From IMG/VR virus record IMGVR_UViG_3300036846_000867, positions 1 to 64,000 of that record: a DNA stretch of 64,000 bases, one strand, 5' to 3'. Positions within the stretch are counted from its first letter, which is position 1; each line of letters starts with the position of its first letter. This document shows, piece by piece, positions 24,191 to 31,537 of the stretch. The notes under the pieces were generated by a model. It worked only from the letters and a program-made list of their open reading frames with translations. It ran no database searches and had not been told where the DNA came from. Both the position numbers and the translations under genes were made by a program. This DNA comes from a virus.

Positions 24191-24242
24191 GCGTGCGGAC
24201 GGGAGATGGTTTCCGCCGCCAACAAATGAGGGAGCCAAGAGA

Positions 24243-25580
24243 ATGGCCATGAATTGGCCACGTTGGATCAAGCGGGAATGGCATCGGGTAGCAACTGCTG
24301 CCTTGAGCGCCGAATTCTCTCCGGCCTATGTGATCCCGCCATCGCCGCTGCGGGAGCCGCTCTACGGCGATATCGCGGCGTGCTGGCACCACTACGCTTT
24401 AGACAGCAGCAGCATCCCTGCTATCGCGCCCTCGCCCAGCGACAGCGCCGCCTATAACATGGCGCGATGCATCTGGCTGGCCGACGCCATCGCCGCCAAT
24501 GAGCCGGTCACCGGCTGGCGGTTGAACAGCGCACGACGGCGGGCCTTCGACCGGTTCAATTTCACGCTCGTCCCGTTGGGACGGTCGGCGGGATTGGCGG
24601 TGCGGGCATCGCGGGCGCTGCACGGCGACGCAGCCTGGAACATCGTCCGGTGCAAATGGCTGGAAGCCCAAATCGGCCATCTGGTGCTGAGCGGGGCCGC
24701 CGAGACGGTGCGGACGCCAGCCGAAGCAGCTGTCAGCGGCGATGTCGGACCGGCGGTCATTCTCGACTGGACCAATCTGACATACGGCATCGAGATCGAA
24801 TGCATCCGGCCAACGGATATCTCGATGGCCGATTTCGCGCGGCGGCTGACCGAAGCCGGTGTGCCGTGTAATTCCGAGAACTACAACCATCACGTGCGGA
24901 ATTACTGGAAGATCGTGACCGACGGTTCGCTCAGCGACCGGCGGGGCATCGGCATGGAACTGGTGAGCCCGATCCTGCGGGGCACGGCGGATTTCGAAAT
25001 AATCCGGAAAGTGTCCGAAATCCTGATCGGGCCAAACCGGACACGGCCGATCTGCCGGATCAACAAGACATGCGGGCTGCATGTCCATGTCGGGATGCCG
25101 GTGCAGATCAATGCGCCCGGCGCGCACCGGCTGCCGATCAACGTGCTGCGGCTGTACAACCACTACGAACCGGTGATCGACAGCCTGATGCCGCTCAGCC
25201 GGCGGGCCAATTCCTACGCGCGGCCGACCGCCTTCAATGAGCGGATCGCGGCATCGCCCAATCTCGACCGGCTGCGGACCAGCTACGGCTACGACCGGTA
25301 CCGGAAAGTAAATCTGGAGAGCCTGTGGCGGCACCGGTCAACCGGCGGCACGATTGAATACAGGCAGCATGCCGGGACGACCGAGGCCGACAAGATCATC
25401 GCCTGGGCAACGATGGTGCTCAAGATGACGGCGGTGGCCAACAGCGCTCCAGCGCTGCCCGAGGGGCCGCCGACGCTGGAAGGGCTCCTGGGGCTGGTCG
25501 GCGCGGATGAGGAGGCCCTGGCCTTCTGGACGCGGCGGCAGGCGCTGCTGGCTCCGGCCGACGCCCGGATCGCCGCCTAG
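24243..25580 (+). CDS. Amidoligase_2-family (glutamine-synthetase-like COOH-NH2 ligase) enzyme with ~170-aa N-terminal extension
   Basis: YGIEIECI..WKIVTDGSL..GMELVSPIL..KTCGLHVHVG..GTIEYRQH. GAGGGAG RBS. Confidence 0.8.
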   Translation: MAMNWPRWIKREWHRVATAALSAEFSPAYVIPPSPLREPLYGDIAACWHHYALDSSSIPAIAPSPSDSAAYNMARCIWLADAIAANEPVTGWRLNSARRRAFDRFNFTLVPLGRSAGLAVRASRALHGDAAWNIVRCKWLEAQIGHLVLSGAAETVRTPAEAAVSGDVGPAVILDWTNLTYGIEIECIRPTDISMADFARRLTEAGVPCNSENYNHHVRNYWKIVTDGSLSDRRGIGMELVSPILRGTADFEIIRKVSEILIGPNRTRPICRINKTCGLHVHVGMPVQINAPGAHRLPINVLRLYNHYEPVIDSLMPLSRRANSYARPTAFNERIAASPNLDRLRTSYGYDRYRKVNLESLWRHRSTGGTIEYRQHAGTTEADKIIAWATMVLKMTAVANSAPALPEGPPTLEGLLGLVGADEEALAFWTRRQALLAPADARIAA

Positions 25581-25643
25581 CGCGGCATGAACTAAGGCGG
25601 CGGGGACATTCCGCCGCCCTCTTTGCAACCGAAGGACGAGACC

Positions 25644-25886
25644 ATGATCCACACCAATGACGGCAAGATACTGCGGGCGACGCAGCCGAAGGACATCGTC
25701 ACCGAACTCAACGACATGAGCTTCGAGCCGGAGACCACGTCGGAGAAATTCATGACCGAGAGCGCGGGCCGCATCCTGGCCTTCTCGGGGCGGAAAATCC
25801 GCACCGACTGCGCCGATAACTACGTCACCGATCTGTTCAAATACGGTTTCCTCTCGACCGATGAGGGGCCGGTGAAGACCGATTGA
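25644..25886 (+). CDS. Hypothetical protein (80 aa)
   Basis: ORF track 25623 trimmed to ATG 25644 (GAAGGA RBS). Confidence 0.55.
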   Translation: MIHTNDGKILRATQPKDIVTELNDMSFEPETTSEKFMTESAGRILAFSGRKIRTDCADNYVTDLFKYGFLSTDEGPVKTD

Positions 25887-25911
25887 GGCCAGCAGCAAAG
25901 GGAGCCTGCCG

Positions 25912-26877
25912 ATGCTCGACAGCAATATCAGTCTCAGGGGACCGCAACGCGAGATCATCGACTACATGCGAACCGCCTATGGCATCGAGGACATCAAAGT
26001 TCGCCCAGGTGGCAAGCATATCCACATCGAATATGTCTACCGTGGGCAGACGCACAAGGACACGCTACCGAACGGGCATGCTGTCGATCCGAACTGGATC
26101 AGCGTGCGCAAGCACGATCTGCGCAAGGAACTGGGCGATCCGCCCGCCGTCGTCGCGCCGCCGCCAAGGAGGAGGAGCCTCGAAGAAATGACGCAGGAAG
26201 CGCAGGCGAAGGCCGATCTGCTGGCCAGCACCGCAATCGCCACGGTGGTCTTACCGTCGAAATCATCGACGGTGATCCCGGCGATCCCAGCCGGGATGGG
26301 CAAGACGGCACCGGCTACGTCGCCGATCCCGCTGCCAAAATTCGCCTGCTCGGTCGGCTCGCTGAAGCATTCGAACGATATTTCGTTCTATCTCGGGAAA
26401 GAACTCGGCGATGCGATGGATACGCAATTCGGCGCGGGCCGCCGCTACGTCATCGGCTACAGCCATCCCGGCCTGTGGACGGCCCGCCCGTCGATGACCG
26501 ACGGACGCGCCATCGAGACGAATCACCGGCTGCACTGCCGTGGCTCGGAGACGATCAAGAAGCTGGGCAAGTTCCAAGGGACCAAATGCGAGGCGATGCT
26601 GCATCACAACCGCGTCGAATTTCGGTTGGCCGCGCCGGTCGAACTGCTCAAGCCCCAATTTCCCCCTACGGGGGAAATCCAAAAAACCAGTGAGCCTGTG
26701 CCAATGCCGGAGCCACACAAACCAGAACCTGTCGCATCGCCGCCGCCTGCCGATCCGCGCGAGCGGCTGCGGTCGGTGCTGCGGCAGATCAAGGAGATCG
26801 AGGAAGAGGGCACCTACCGGCTGATCAGCGAGAACGGCTGGCGCTGGCGGGCCAATGACATTGGCTTGGAAGATTAA
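25912..26877 (+). CDS. Hypothetical protein (321 aa)
   Basis: ORF track. GGGAG RBS. Pro-rich linker regions. Confidence 0.65.
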   Translation: MLDSNISLRGPQREIIDYMRTAYGIEDIKVRPGGKHIHIEYVYRGQTHKDTLPNGHAVDPNWISVRKHDLRKELGDPPAVVAPPPRRRSLEEMTQEAQAKADLLASTAIATVVLPSKSSTVIPAIPAGMGKTAPATSPIPLPKFACSVGSLKHSNDISFYLGKELGDAMDTQFGAGRRYVIGYSHPGLWTARPSMTDGRAIETNHRLHCRGSETIKKLGKFQGTKCEAMLHHNRVEFRLAAPVELLKPQFPPTGEIQKTSEPVPMPEPHKPEPVASPPPADPRERLRSVLRQIKEIEEEGTYRLISENGWRWRANDIGLED

Positions 26878-26908
26878 CTTCATGAAAGCACACTGGAGGA
26901 ATAACTTC

Positions 26909-27136
26909 ATGAAAGTACAAACGACAGTCGGTGTCGTGCTCAACGAAGAGGAATTCAGAGCATTGACCAAAGGCAAGACCATCTACGTTACGGACGGGGG
27001 ACTGACAGTGCGGCTGCTCCTGGCCGATATCGGCTTCCCGGCAATGGTAGACGCGATCAAGGAGGCCGTACAGGCGGTCGGCGTCGAGCCGCCCGAAATC
27101 TGCATCATCCCGCCGGGCGATCCGCTGAAACTGTGA
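26909..27136 (+). CDS. Hypothetical protein (75 aa)
   Basis: ORF track 26855 trimmed to ATG 26909 (GGAGGA RBS). AACTTCATGAAAG is duplicated at 26876 and 26904. Confidence 0.5.
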   Translation: MKVQTTVGVVLNEEEFRALTKGKTIYVTDGGLTVRLLLADIGFPAMVDAIKEAVQAVGVEPPEICIIPPGDPLKL

Positions 27137-27152
27137 GCGAGTTCGTCTCCGC

Positions 27153-27183
27153 TTGATTTATGGTCTACTAACCGCTATATATA
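27153..27183 (+). promoter_or_regulatory. Class I promoter TTGATT-N18-ATATATAAAGCGG
   Basis: Read directly. Confidence 0.6.
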
Positions 27184-27205
27184 AAGCGGAAAGGAGACCC
27201 GATAA

Positions 27206-27382
27206 ATGATGAAAAAGCTGCTGATGGCGCTGGCGATGATGGCAGTAGCCCATTTGATGCCCCCCGAAATGCTCGACGGCCTCCTCCACTGGACGGCACA
27301 CTACGCAGCCGACCATCTTTGCGAAACCAAGTACGGTATCAAGATGGTCAATCTGAGCGCGGTCAAGCATCTGAAAGGATAG
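27206..27382 (+). CDS. Micro-ORF, 58 aa, signal-peptide/TM-like N-terminus
   Basis: Own translation MMKKLLMALAMMAVAHLMPP... AAGGAG RBS. Below the ORF-track cutoff. Confidence 0.5.
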   Translation: MMKKLLMALAMMAVAHLMPPEMLDGLLHWTAHYAADHLCETKYGIKMVNLSAVKHLKG

Positions 27383-27435
27383 GGAGAATAAGATTTTACG
27401 CCGGTTTTGAAACCCGGAGTTGGCTAAAGCGAGAC

Positions 27436-27466
27436 TTGACATATGGGGCATAAACCACCATATGTA
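27436..27466 (+). promoter_or_regulatory. Class I promoter CTTGACATATGG-N-ATATGTAAATCG
   Basis: Read directly. Confidence 0.65.
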
Positions 27467-27485
27467 AATCGAAAGGAAAGTCTCG

Positions 27486-27614
27486 ATGTACGCCAAAGTT
27501 ACCGTCGCCTCAACCGATCTGTTCCTCTACATGGTTCTGGCGGTCGGCGGAACCGGCTGCGGGCTAGCATTCTACAGTCTGAAAATGCTCGCCAGCCTGT
27601 CTCTGGGATTGTGA
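27486..27614 (+). CDS. Micro-ORF, 42 aa, one TM helix
   Basis: Own translation MYAKVTVASTDLFLYMVLAVGGTGCGLAFYSL... AAAGGAAAG RBS. Confidence 0.45.
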   Translation: MYAKVTVASTDLFLYMVLAVGGTGCGLAFYSLKMLASLSLGL

Positions 27615-27631
27615 TCTGAAGGGAGACTGAG

Positions 27632-27796
27632 ATGTTCAACCACACCGCTTTCATCCTCTCGAAGCTGGCCAAACGGGGCAGCTATCACGGCAAGGAGAAG
27701 GGCGCGGAATGGCGGGCCGCCAAGCTGTTGGCGGACGGCGATCCCTCGCTCGTCTATGCCGAGGTGGACGGCAAATGGTCTCTGAAAAAGGGATAG
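27632..27796 (+). CDS. Micro-ORF, 54 aa
   Basis: Own translation MFNHTAFILSKLAKRGSYHGKEKGAEW... GGGAGA RBS. Confidence 0.45.
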   Translation: MFNHTAFILSKLAKRGSYHGKEKGAEWRAAKLLADGDPSLVYAEVDGKWSLKKG

Positions 27797-27798
27797 AT

Positions 27799-28041
27799 AT
27801 GCCCAAGCTCTATGAAGCGGTAACGCAAGTTACCAAAGACATTCCTTACTCGCGCCAGCTATTCTGCGAAGGAGAGATCACCGAGGGCCATCACCGCTGG
27901 GAGATCGCCTTCGAGGGCGTCGATGGACTGCCCGTAATCGAATGGGTATGGGCGAAGAATGCCAGCGATGCTGTCACTCATTTCCTAAGCCTGCACGGCT
28001 CGCTCTTCTTCACGGTTCGCCTAACCAGCGACAACGAATAG
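27799..28041 (+). CDS. Hypothetical protein (80 aa)
   Basis: ORF track 27709 trimmed to ATG 27799, 2 nt after the upstream stop. Confidence 0.55.
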   Translation: MPKLYEAVTQVTKDIPYSRQLFCEGEITEGHHRWEIAFEGVDGLPVIEWVWAKNASDAVTHFLSLHGSLFFTVRLTSDNE

Positions 28042-28068
28042 GAAGCAGCAACGCGGCTAAAAATAAAC

Positions 28069-28099
28069 TTGAATTCTGGGCTTCTCTTCGCTATATATA
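28069..28099 (+). promoter_or_regulatory. Class I promoter TTGAAT-N18-ATATATAAAGCG
   Basis: Read directly. Confidence 0.6.
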
Positions 28100-28119
28100 A
28101 AGCGAAGGGAGAAAAAAAG

Positions 28120-28242
28120 ATGTTTGGTATGATGATGTCGATGGCCTCTCTGATGCTAGCCGCCAGCCTGTTCTATCTGGTGTACAAATCCGCCGCCGCC
28201 GACACGGAATACGCCTACGTGTTTGAAAGCACGGGGGGATAA
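28120..28242 (+). CDS. Micro-ORF, 40 aa, one TM helix
   Basis: Own translation MFGMMMSMASLMLAASLFYLVYKSAAAD... AAGGGAGA RBS. Stop abuts the GGCT ATG. Confidence 0.45.
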   Translation: MFGMMMSMASLMLAASLFYLVYKSAAADTEYAYVFESTGG

Positions 28243-29076
28243 ATGAGCAGGACGATGAAATTGATGTGGGCCTATGGCTCAAATCTTAACAAGCGCCAGA
28301 TGCTGCTCCGCTGCCCCGCAGCGGTGCCGCTGGAGGCGCTGACCGTACAAAATCTCATCCTGCGCTTTCGTGGCGTCGCCGATGTTGCCTATCGCACCGG
28401 GGCGTATTGCGAGGGCGCGTTGTGGGCGATCACGCGCGACTGCGAGCGCGCTCTCGACGATTATGAGGGCGTCGGATCGGGCGGCTTCGGCGGGCTCTAC
28501 CGCAAATGCCATTTCGACTATGTCGATCCGGACAGCGGCGAGCAGCACCGCGTGCTGTATTACAAGATGAACCGTCACGGCATCATGCCGCCCAGCGAGG
28601 GATATCTCGATTGCATTCTGCAAGGCTATGCCGATTTCGGCATCGATACCGCGCGGCTGATCAAGGCGGTCGAGCACGCGTGGCGCAGGAAGGACATGAA
28701 CGGCTTCATGGCCTATCGCTGGGAGAAAGCGGGCAAGCCGAGGATGGCGCGGATCGAGCGAATCGCGACGGTCTTCGAAGGCGACGTGGAGGGCGATCCG
28801 GAGCCGGGCGAGATTACCAAGCTGCCGACCAAGCAGGCCGCCAGGGACACCACGATGCCGGATGTCTGCCTGCGCGTCGATCCGGACAATCCGAACCATT
28901 GCCGCGCCGTCGTGCTGACCGAGAAAGGCGAGAGATACTTCGCCGAGAATATCAAGGCGGACAAGGAGGACACCGAATGGCGGTTCAAATTCTCGACGCA
29001 CGTGGTCGCGGGGCTGCTGCAAAAGAAGCGGCTGAGCGTCACCATCCTGGAGAAGCTGAGAAAGCTCCGCGCATGA
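28243..29076 (+). CDS. Gamma-glutamylcyclotransferase (GGCT/AIG2-like) domain fused to an unknown C-terminal half
   Basis: N-terminal WAYGSNLNKRQM..LRF..GALWAI..ALDDYEGV..YRK pattern of the GGCT fold. 277 aa. Confidence 0.75.
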   Translation: MSRTMKLMWAYGSNLNKRQMLLRCPAAVPLEALTVQNLILRFRGVADVAYRTGAYCEGALWAITRDCERALDDYEGVGSGGFGGLYRKCHFDYVDPDSGEQHRVLYYKMNRHGIMPPSEGYLDCILQGYADFGIDTARLIKAVEHAWRRKDMNGFMAYRWEKAGKPRMARIERIATVFEGDVEGDPEPGEITKLPTKQAARDTTMPDVCLRVDPDNPNHCRAVVLTEKGERYFAENIKADKEDTEWRFKFSTHVVAGLLQKKRLSVTILEKLRKLRA

Positions 29077-29396
29077 TCTGCCTAACCTGCATGGGCGCAG
29101 GCCGCCGATTAAACCCCGGCCTGCGCATCATCGCCTACGACGAGCATGGCATGCACGTCGAAATTCACAATCCCTGCCAATTGTCGGTGATGATCGAATG
29201 CTCCGAATGCAGCGGCAGCGGCAATGCCAATGGCAATACGCCGTCGCAGCGCATGCGGCTGATGATCGAAGACGTAGATGGACTGATCAGAGAGATATGG
29301 GCGGCGCAGCCAATGCTGCGGGCGAAGCGCAACGTCATCCTCAACCGCCTTCACCGCATCCGTCACAATCTCGAAATCCTGCGTAACGCAGCATGA
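29073..29396 (+). CDS. Small protein with two DnaJ-type CxxCxGxG zinc-finger motifs (107 aa)
   Basis: ATGA overlap with the GGCT stop. CLTCMGAG and CSECSGSG. Sits in the frame of the long shadow ORF 28506-29396. Confidence 0.55.
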   Translation: MICLTCMGAGRRLNPGLRIIAYDEHGMHVEIHNPCQLSVMIECSECSGSGNANGNTPSQRMRLMIEDVDGLIREIWAAQPMLRAKRNVILNRLHRIRHNLEILRNAA

Positions 29397-29623
29397 TCGA
29401 TTACGATATCGTGGTGCTGTTCAAGGATGACACGCGCGAGACGGTCAAAGTTACAGCGGTTAGTCCGGTGCGGGCAGCCGCCACTGCCACCTACAGCATG
29501 GAGAAATGGGACCGTGCCAAGCAGTTCCAGGTTGTCGGCCTGTTGATCACCATCCCGGTGCGCGGCGCGCAGATCATGCCGCTGCCACGCCCGCAACTGA
29601 TAAGACGGAGGCCAGCCGCATGA
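29393..29623 (+). CDS. Hypothetical protein (76 aa)
   Basis: ORF track. ATGA overlap. Confidence 0.5.
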   Translation: MIDYDIVVLFKDDTRETVKVTAVSPVRAAATATYSMEKWDRAKQFQVVGLLITIPVRGAQIMPLPRPQLIRRRPAA

Positions 29624-29886
29624 ACCGTATGACCGAACCGGAACTGCTGCGCGAATGCCGCAAAGCGCTGGGGTATAGTCCAGGCGGGCTGGTCAATTTC
29701 CTCGCCTATCGCGACGATCACAGACTGCGCCACTGGGAGAAGGGCGAAAATGACATCCCGACGCTGCTGTGGCTGGTGCTGTTCTACATGCTGCGCGAGG
29801 CTGGCAAGCGCGAATTGATGAACCAGGTTCACGGCTTGATCCAGCAACGCCGGATCGATGTGGTCAACAACCGTAGGAAGGCATGA
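29620..29886 (+). CDS. Possible XRE-like HTH protein (88 aa)
   Basis: ORF track 29506 trimmed to ATG 29620 (ATGA overlap). LRECRKALGYSPGGLVNFL..HWEKGENDIP. Confidence 0.45.
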   Translation: MNRMTEPELLRECRKALGYSPGGLVNFLAYRDDHRLRHWEKGENDIPTLLWLVLFYMLREAGKRELMNQVHGLIQQRRIDVVNNRRKA

Positions 29887-30071
29887 TGGCCAAACAAGTT
29901 AGCATAAGCGATCAGATGGTGGACATCACGCAGCCGGAACATGAAGTCGAAATCATGTACAGCGGCGGCGTTCTCTGGATCAATATCGATGGCATGTGCC
30001 GCCTGCGGTGTACGCAGATCAAGCCCGAACTGCTGACATGGGACATCGACCGAGAGAAGCCCAAGGAATAA
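29883..30071 (+). CDS. Hypothetical protein (62 aa)
   Basis: ORF track. ATGA overlap. Confidence 0.5.
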   Translation: MMAKQVSISDQMVDITQPEHEVEIMYSGGVLWINIDGMCRLRCTQIKPELLTWDIDREKPKE

Positions 30072-30075
30072 GGCG

Positions 30076-30279
30076 ATGGCAATTGGTCCAGGCAAATACG
30101 ACGACGAGGCAACGCGCGTCCGTTTGAGCACCAAGGCGAAGGGCGTGATCGTGGTGGTGCTTGGTGGTCATCTCGGCACCGGTTTCTCGGCACAGGCATC
30201 CTTAGAGGTTACTCTCATGCTACCGCGCCTGCTGCGCGATCTGGCGGACCAGATCGAAGAGAGCGAGAAAAACTTGTAA
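30076..30279 (+). CDS. Hypothetical protein (67 aa)
   Basis: ORF track. AAGGAA upstream. Confidence 0.5.
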   Translation: MAIGPGKYDDEATRVRLSTKAKGVIVVVLGGHLGTGFSAQASLEVTLMLPRLLRDLADQIEESEKNL

Positions 30280-30285
30280 GCACGC

Positions 30286-31137
30286 ATGAAAACGCTCGAA
30301 TATCGCTTCGTCGATAAATCGACATGGGCCGATGGTCCGTGGCATTTCGAACCGGACAAGCGGCAATGGCAGGATAGCGCCACCGGATTGTTCTGCCTCG
30401 TGCTACGCCATGACTACCTTGGCCATTTCTGTGGCTATGTCAGTCTGCCGCTAGAACACGCGGCGCACGGCCTGCACCACGACGGGATTACCGACCAGGA
30501 AGCCAAGACCTCGATGAAGGAATTCCGCAAAAACATCCGACGCTGGCACGAGGCCGGTTATCCTCCGCTAACCGAATGGCACAAGCAACATCCACTACCG
30601 GAACGTGATCACACACCGTTTCCCGGTGTCGGCGAATATCTTGCCAATATCGAAGTGCACGGCGGGCTATCCTATGCCGACGTTGGCAACGTGCCCACCG
30701 AAGCCACGTGGCAAAAGGTTTGCGAGCGCCTGAACAAACCGAGCATCCTTGCCGATGCCGCGCAATATCCACTGGGCCACACCGCGCGATGGGTTCGCAA
30801 ATGGGCACCGGTCAGCACCGACTACGACACCTGGAAGACCCAGGTGCTTCACGAAACCATATGCCTCGAAATGGAACCCGGTGAACCAACCGATCTGTGG
30901 TTCTTCGGCTTCGATTGCTGTCATGCCTGGGACATTCAACCGGGCATGGACGCAATGATGGAACAGTTCGGCACTAAAAGTCCTAGGCTGCATTTACCCG
31001 GCGAAAACGTCGCCTACCGTGATCTTGCCTTTGTCGAAGGCGAAGTCGCAAAGCTTGCTAAACAGCTTAACGGGCTGACCGTGCTCCTGCCACTGCTAAC
31101 TTCTGGACGTGGTGAAAAACCAGACCGGATTGGATGA
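30286..31137 (+). CDS. Conserved phage protein of unknown function (283 aa)
   Basis: ORF track. VHGGLSY...WFFGFDCCHAWD motif seen in many phage hypotheticals (from memory). Confidence 0.65.
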   Translation: MKTLEYRFVDKSTWADGPWHFEPDKRQWQDSATGLFCLVLRHDYLGHFCGYVSLPLEHAAHGLHHDGITDQEAKTSMKEFRKNIRRWHEAGYPPLTEWHKQHPLPERDHTPFPGVGEYLANIEVHGGLSYADVGNVPTEATWQKVCERLNKPSILADAAQYPLGHTARWVRKWAPVSTDYDTWKTQVLHETICLEMEPGEPTDLWFFGFDCCHAWDIQPGMDAMMEQFGTKSPRLHLPGENVAYRDLAFVEGEVAKLAKQLNGLTVLLPLLTSGRGEKPDRIG

Positions 31138-31141
31138 AATA

Positions 31142-31537
31142 ATGGCCCGCCGCCCCGATCTCCTCGAAGGCTTGTCCCGCCGTCAGCGACGGGCGCAGGA
31201 ACTCAAAGATTTACTGACCCTAAAGAACGCCAAGGGCAGCACATTTGCCTCGCGGGAGACCTTCGAAAAAGATTTCGAACTGGTCGGTCTCGGCAGCTTA
31301 AAATTACTAGATAACATCAAAGAGCTTACGCCGGAAACCAAGCTCGATTTCGCGGCCTGTGCCCGCGTCGATCTCGATAATCCGATCTATTTCAAAGATA
31401 ATATGTTCTGCGACTGCTACGACTGCGACTGCCGCTTGCAATACCGTCCTAATGTCCTCCTGCCACAGGATATCGTGCGCCTGTGCATCTCCTGCGCCGC
31501 GCGGCGGCTGCGGGAAGAGGAGGAGCAGAAGACATGA
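31142..31537 (+). CDS. Hypothetical Cys-rich protein (131 aa)
   Basis: ORF track 31109 trimmed to ATG 31142. CDCYDCDC..CISC. Confidence 0.5.
   Translation: MARRPDLLEGLSRRQRRAQELKDLLTLKNAKGSTFASRETFEKDFELVGLGSLKLLDNIKELTPETKLDFAACARVDLDNPIYFKDNMFCDCYDCDCRLQYRPNVLLPQDIVRLCISCAARRLREEEEQKT

Noticed and set aside
24186-24197. A partial match to the RfaH ops element (GTAGCGTG within TATATGTAGCGTGCGG)
   Set aside because: Only 8 of 12 positions match. It occurs at one promoter only, and it overlaps the -10/start region rather than a transcribed pause site.
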